From Macrostomum lignano (Eukaryota), in assembly GCA_002269645.1 (NCBI GenBank), contig NIVC01001159.1:423414-487413 (forward strand): a stretch of 64,000 nt of DNA. The letters run 5' to 3'. This document shows, one piece after another, positions 61,950 through 64,000 of this stretch (positions are counted from its first letter, which is position 1; every line of letters starts with the position of its first letter). Position numbers and translations under genes: made by a program. The notes under the pieces are model-generated. The model made no database searches and was not told the DNA's origin. It saw nothing but the letters and a program-made list of their open reading frames with translations.

Positions 61950-62460
61950 TAGGTGTGCTCACGGGGGTCAGTTGATTGATAGGTGTGCTCACGGGGGTCA
62001 GTTGATTGATAGGTGTGCTCATTGGGGTCAGTTGATTGATAGGTGTGCTCACGGGGGTCAGTTGATTGATAGGTGTGCTCATTGGGGTCAGTTGATTGAT
62101 AGGTGTGCTCACGGGGGTCAGTTGATTGATAGGTGTGCTCACGGGGGTCAGTTGATTGATAGGTGTGCTCATTGGTGTCAGTTGATTGACAGGTGTGCTC
62201 ATTGGGGTCAGTTGATTGATAGGTGTGCTCATTGGAGTCAGTTGATTGATAGGTGTACTCACGGGGGTCAGTTGATTGACAGGTGTGCTCACGGGGGTCA
62301 GTTGATTGACAGGTGTGCTCACTGGTGCCTCTTGATGAACAGGTGTGCTCACACAGGTCAATTGATTGACAGGTGTGCTCATTGGGGTCAGTTGATTGAC
62401 AGGTGTGCTCATTGGGGTCAGTTGATTGACAGGTGTGCTCATTGGGGTCAGTCGATTGAC
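61943..62460. repeat. 30-bp minisatellite TTGATTGATAGGTGTGCTCACGGGGGTCAG starting at the IQSEC stop codon
   Basis: Direct inspection. Confidence 0.95.
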
Positions 62461-63029
62461 AGCTATGATTATGTAAGCCAGTTGCTTGATAGCTTAGATG
62501 TGGTTTTTTAGGCTTTGACAGGCTTTGAGGTGTGAAACAATTGAAGCACGAGTGTCAGTGAGTACTATAATAGTCTAATACTGCCTATTAACTTATTTAG
62601 TCAGACAATTTTGCTGTTTTTGTCGAGTCTTCGCACACCCGGCTGTCCTACTAAATTAGTAGTGTGTAGCGAATATCACCAGTCAGTGATTTTCACTCGG
62701 TTTCCTGTTTCAGTATTGCCCCCGCAAAATGCCTTGGCTATTGATATAGCAACTCAGTTTAGCGTTCAAGTCATTTTTACTTGGATCTGCTTTTCGTAAT
62801 TTTTCATTCATTCTCTGAACTTGGCAATCCAGCGCGTTGTTAAGCGGTCGCTTTTTGATTCGGTGCGTGCTTGCAGAACTGTACAGACAGCCCGCTTTTT
62901 CATTTATTCACTCCAGATTTTGTTTGAGCACTTTTTTCTCCTTAATCCACCTATCCTGCCGGCTAACAGACTAACCTAAGTTCCTATTTTTAGGGTACGT
63001 TACGACTGTAAACATTCGTTCCCCAACAC

Positions 63030-63365
63030 TCCCACCCAATCCGTCAATGTACATTCGTTCCCTGATCCACCCACCCCATCCCTCAATGTACATTCGTTCC
63101 CTGATCCACCCACCCCATCCCTCAATGTACACTCGTTCTCCGATCCACCCACCCCATCCCTCACTGTACACTCGTTCTCTGATCCACCCACCCCATCCCT
63201 CAATGTACATTCGTTCCCCGATCCACCCACCCCATCCCTCAATGTACACTCGTTCCCAGATCCACCCACCCCATCCCTCAATGTACACTCGTTCCCAGAT
63301 CCACCCACCCCATCCCTCAATGTACACTCGTTCCTCGACACACCCACCCCATCAATGTACATTCA
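63030..63365. repeat. 36-bp minisatellite AATGTACATTCGTTCCCTGATCCACCCACCCCATCCCTC-type
   Basis: Direct inspection. Confidence 0.93.
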
Positions 63366-64000
63366 GTTCCATAAAACCGCACCACCCCCTCCCAATGCCG
63401 ATTAATTCAGATTATGTAATATCAGCATTTAACTTCTGTTGCGCACTTCACGCGATGCATCGAATGTTGATATTTGAGTTTTGCGTGTAAATTTTCGCTA
63501 TTCTGCCTGTCAATCAACTTTTTCTATTATTACTAAAAAGGTCTGCATGCTCGTTGAGCACTACTGCTCAATGCGAGTAGTTGTTGGGTCAGTAATATGC
63601 AAAGGTGAGGTTTTTCTTCCCATTCGCACCTGCCCAGACGCCCTTTTGAGAGCTTATTTATAGATTAAGGTGGCGGTTTCTCTAACCCTGTACAGTCCTC
63701 TATAGTCTAATTTGGCTTTTAGTGTACATGAGTACACTCCCAATCTGGAATCTAAATTATCTCTAGTGGCGTAAGAGCCTTTTTACTTAGGCTGAGGCGC
63801 CGGAAGTACTTATCATAGTCATAGTCATAGTTTCTCTGCCACTGAGTAGCATGTATTGCTTATTGTTAACGATTTTTGTAAAGCCGGAACTCTTTTTGTC
63901 TGTCTTCTTCTACTCACCGCCTGATAAATACATGAAATGCTCGCAACCTGTCAATTGTTTTTTGTTTACTCAAAATTATCAATGTACTTACTAACCCCAG

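Overview
Eukaryotic (animal) genomic DNA with GC-rich exons, AT-rich intergenic DNA and a very high density of minisatellites. The style fits a free-living flatworm such as Macrostomum, but that is inference, not confirmed. I rebuilt six spliced genes by hand from splice sites, reading phase and remembered homologue sequences. (1) USP9X/fat-facets deubiquitinase: minus strand, 13 exons, 20916->4416, about 2780 aa, with two 1-bp G-run deletions in exon 2 that are probably assembly errors. After a 13-kb AT-rich, MITE-rich spacer comes a divergent + strand cluster: (2) an alanine-aminotransferase homologue that lacks the PLP Schiff-base lysine, (3) a TRMT10C-like tRNA methyltransferase, (4) TMEM242 and (5) an SDR16C-type dehydrogenase. 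(6) An IQSEC/BRAG Arf-GEF follows, with one GC-AG intron. Highlights: the TMEM242 and TRMT10C ORFs begin in phase 0 directly after 3' splice sites with no ATG. This fits a trans-spliced operon in which the 3'-terminal AUG of a flatworm spliced leader supplies the start codon. 18 of 23 introns are filled by a tandem array, almost always with its own unit, and several units carry a U1-complementary CAGGT core. There are also several TIR/TSD-defined MITEs, a Tc1/mariner relic with a nested MITE, and tRNA-derived SINE heads. No rRNA, intact tRNA or CRISPR array was found.
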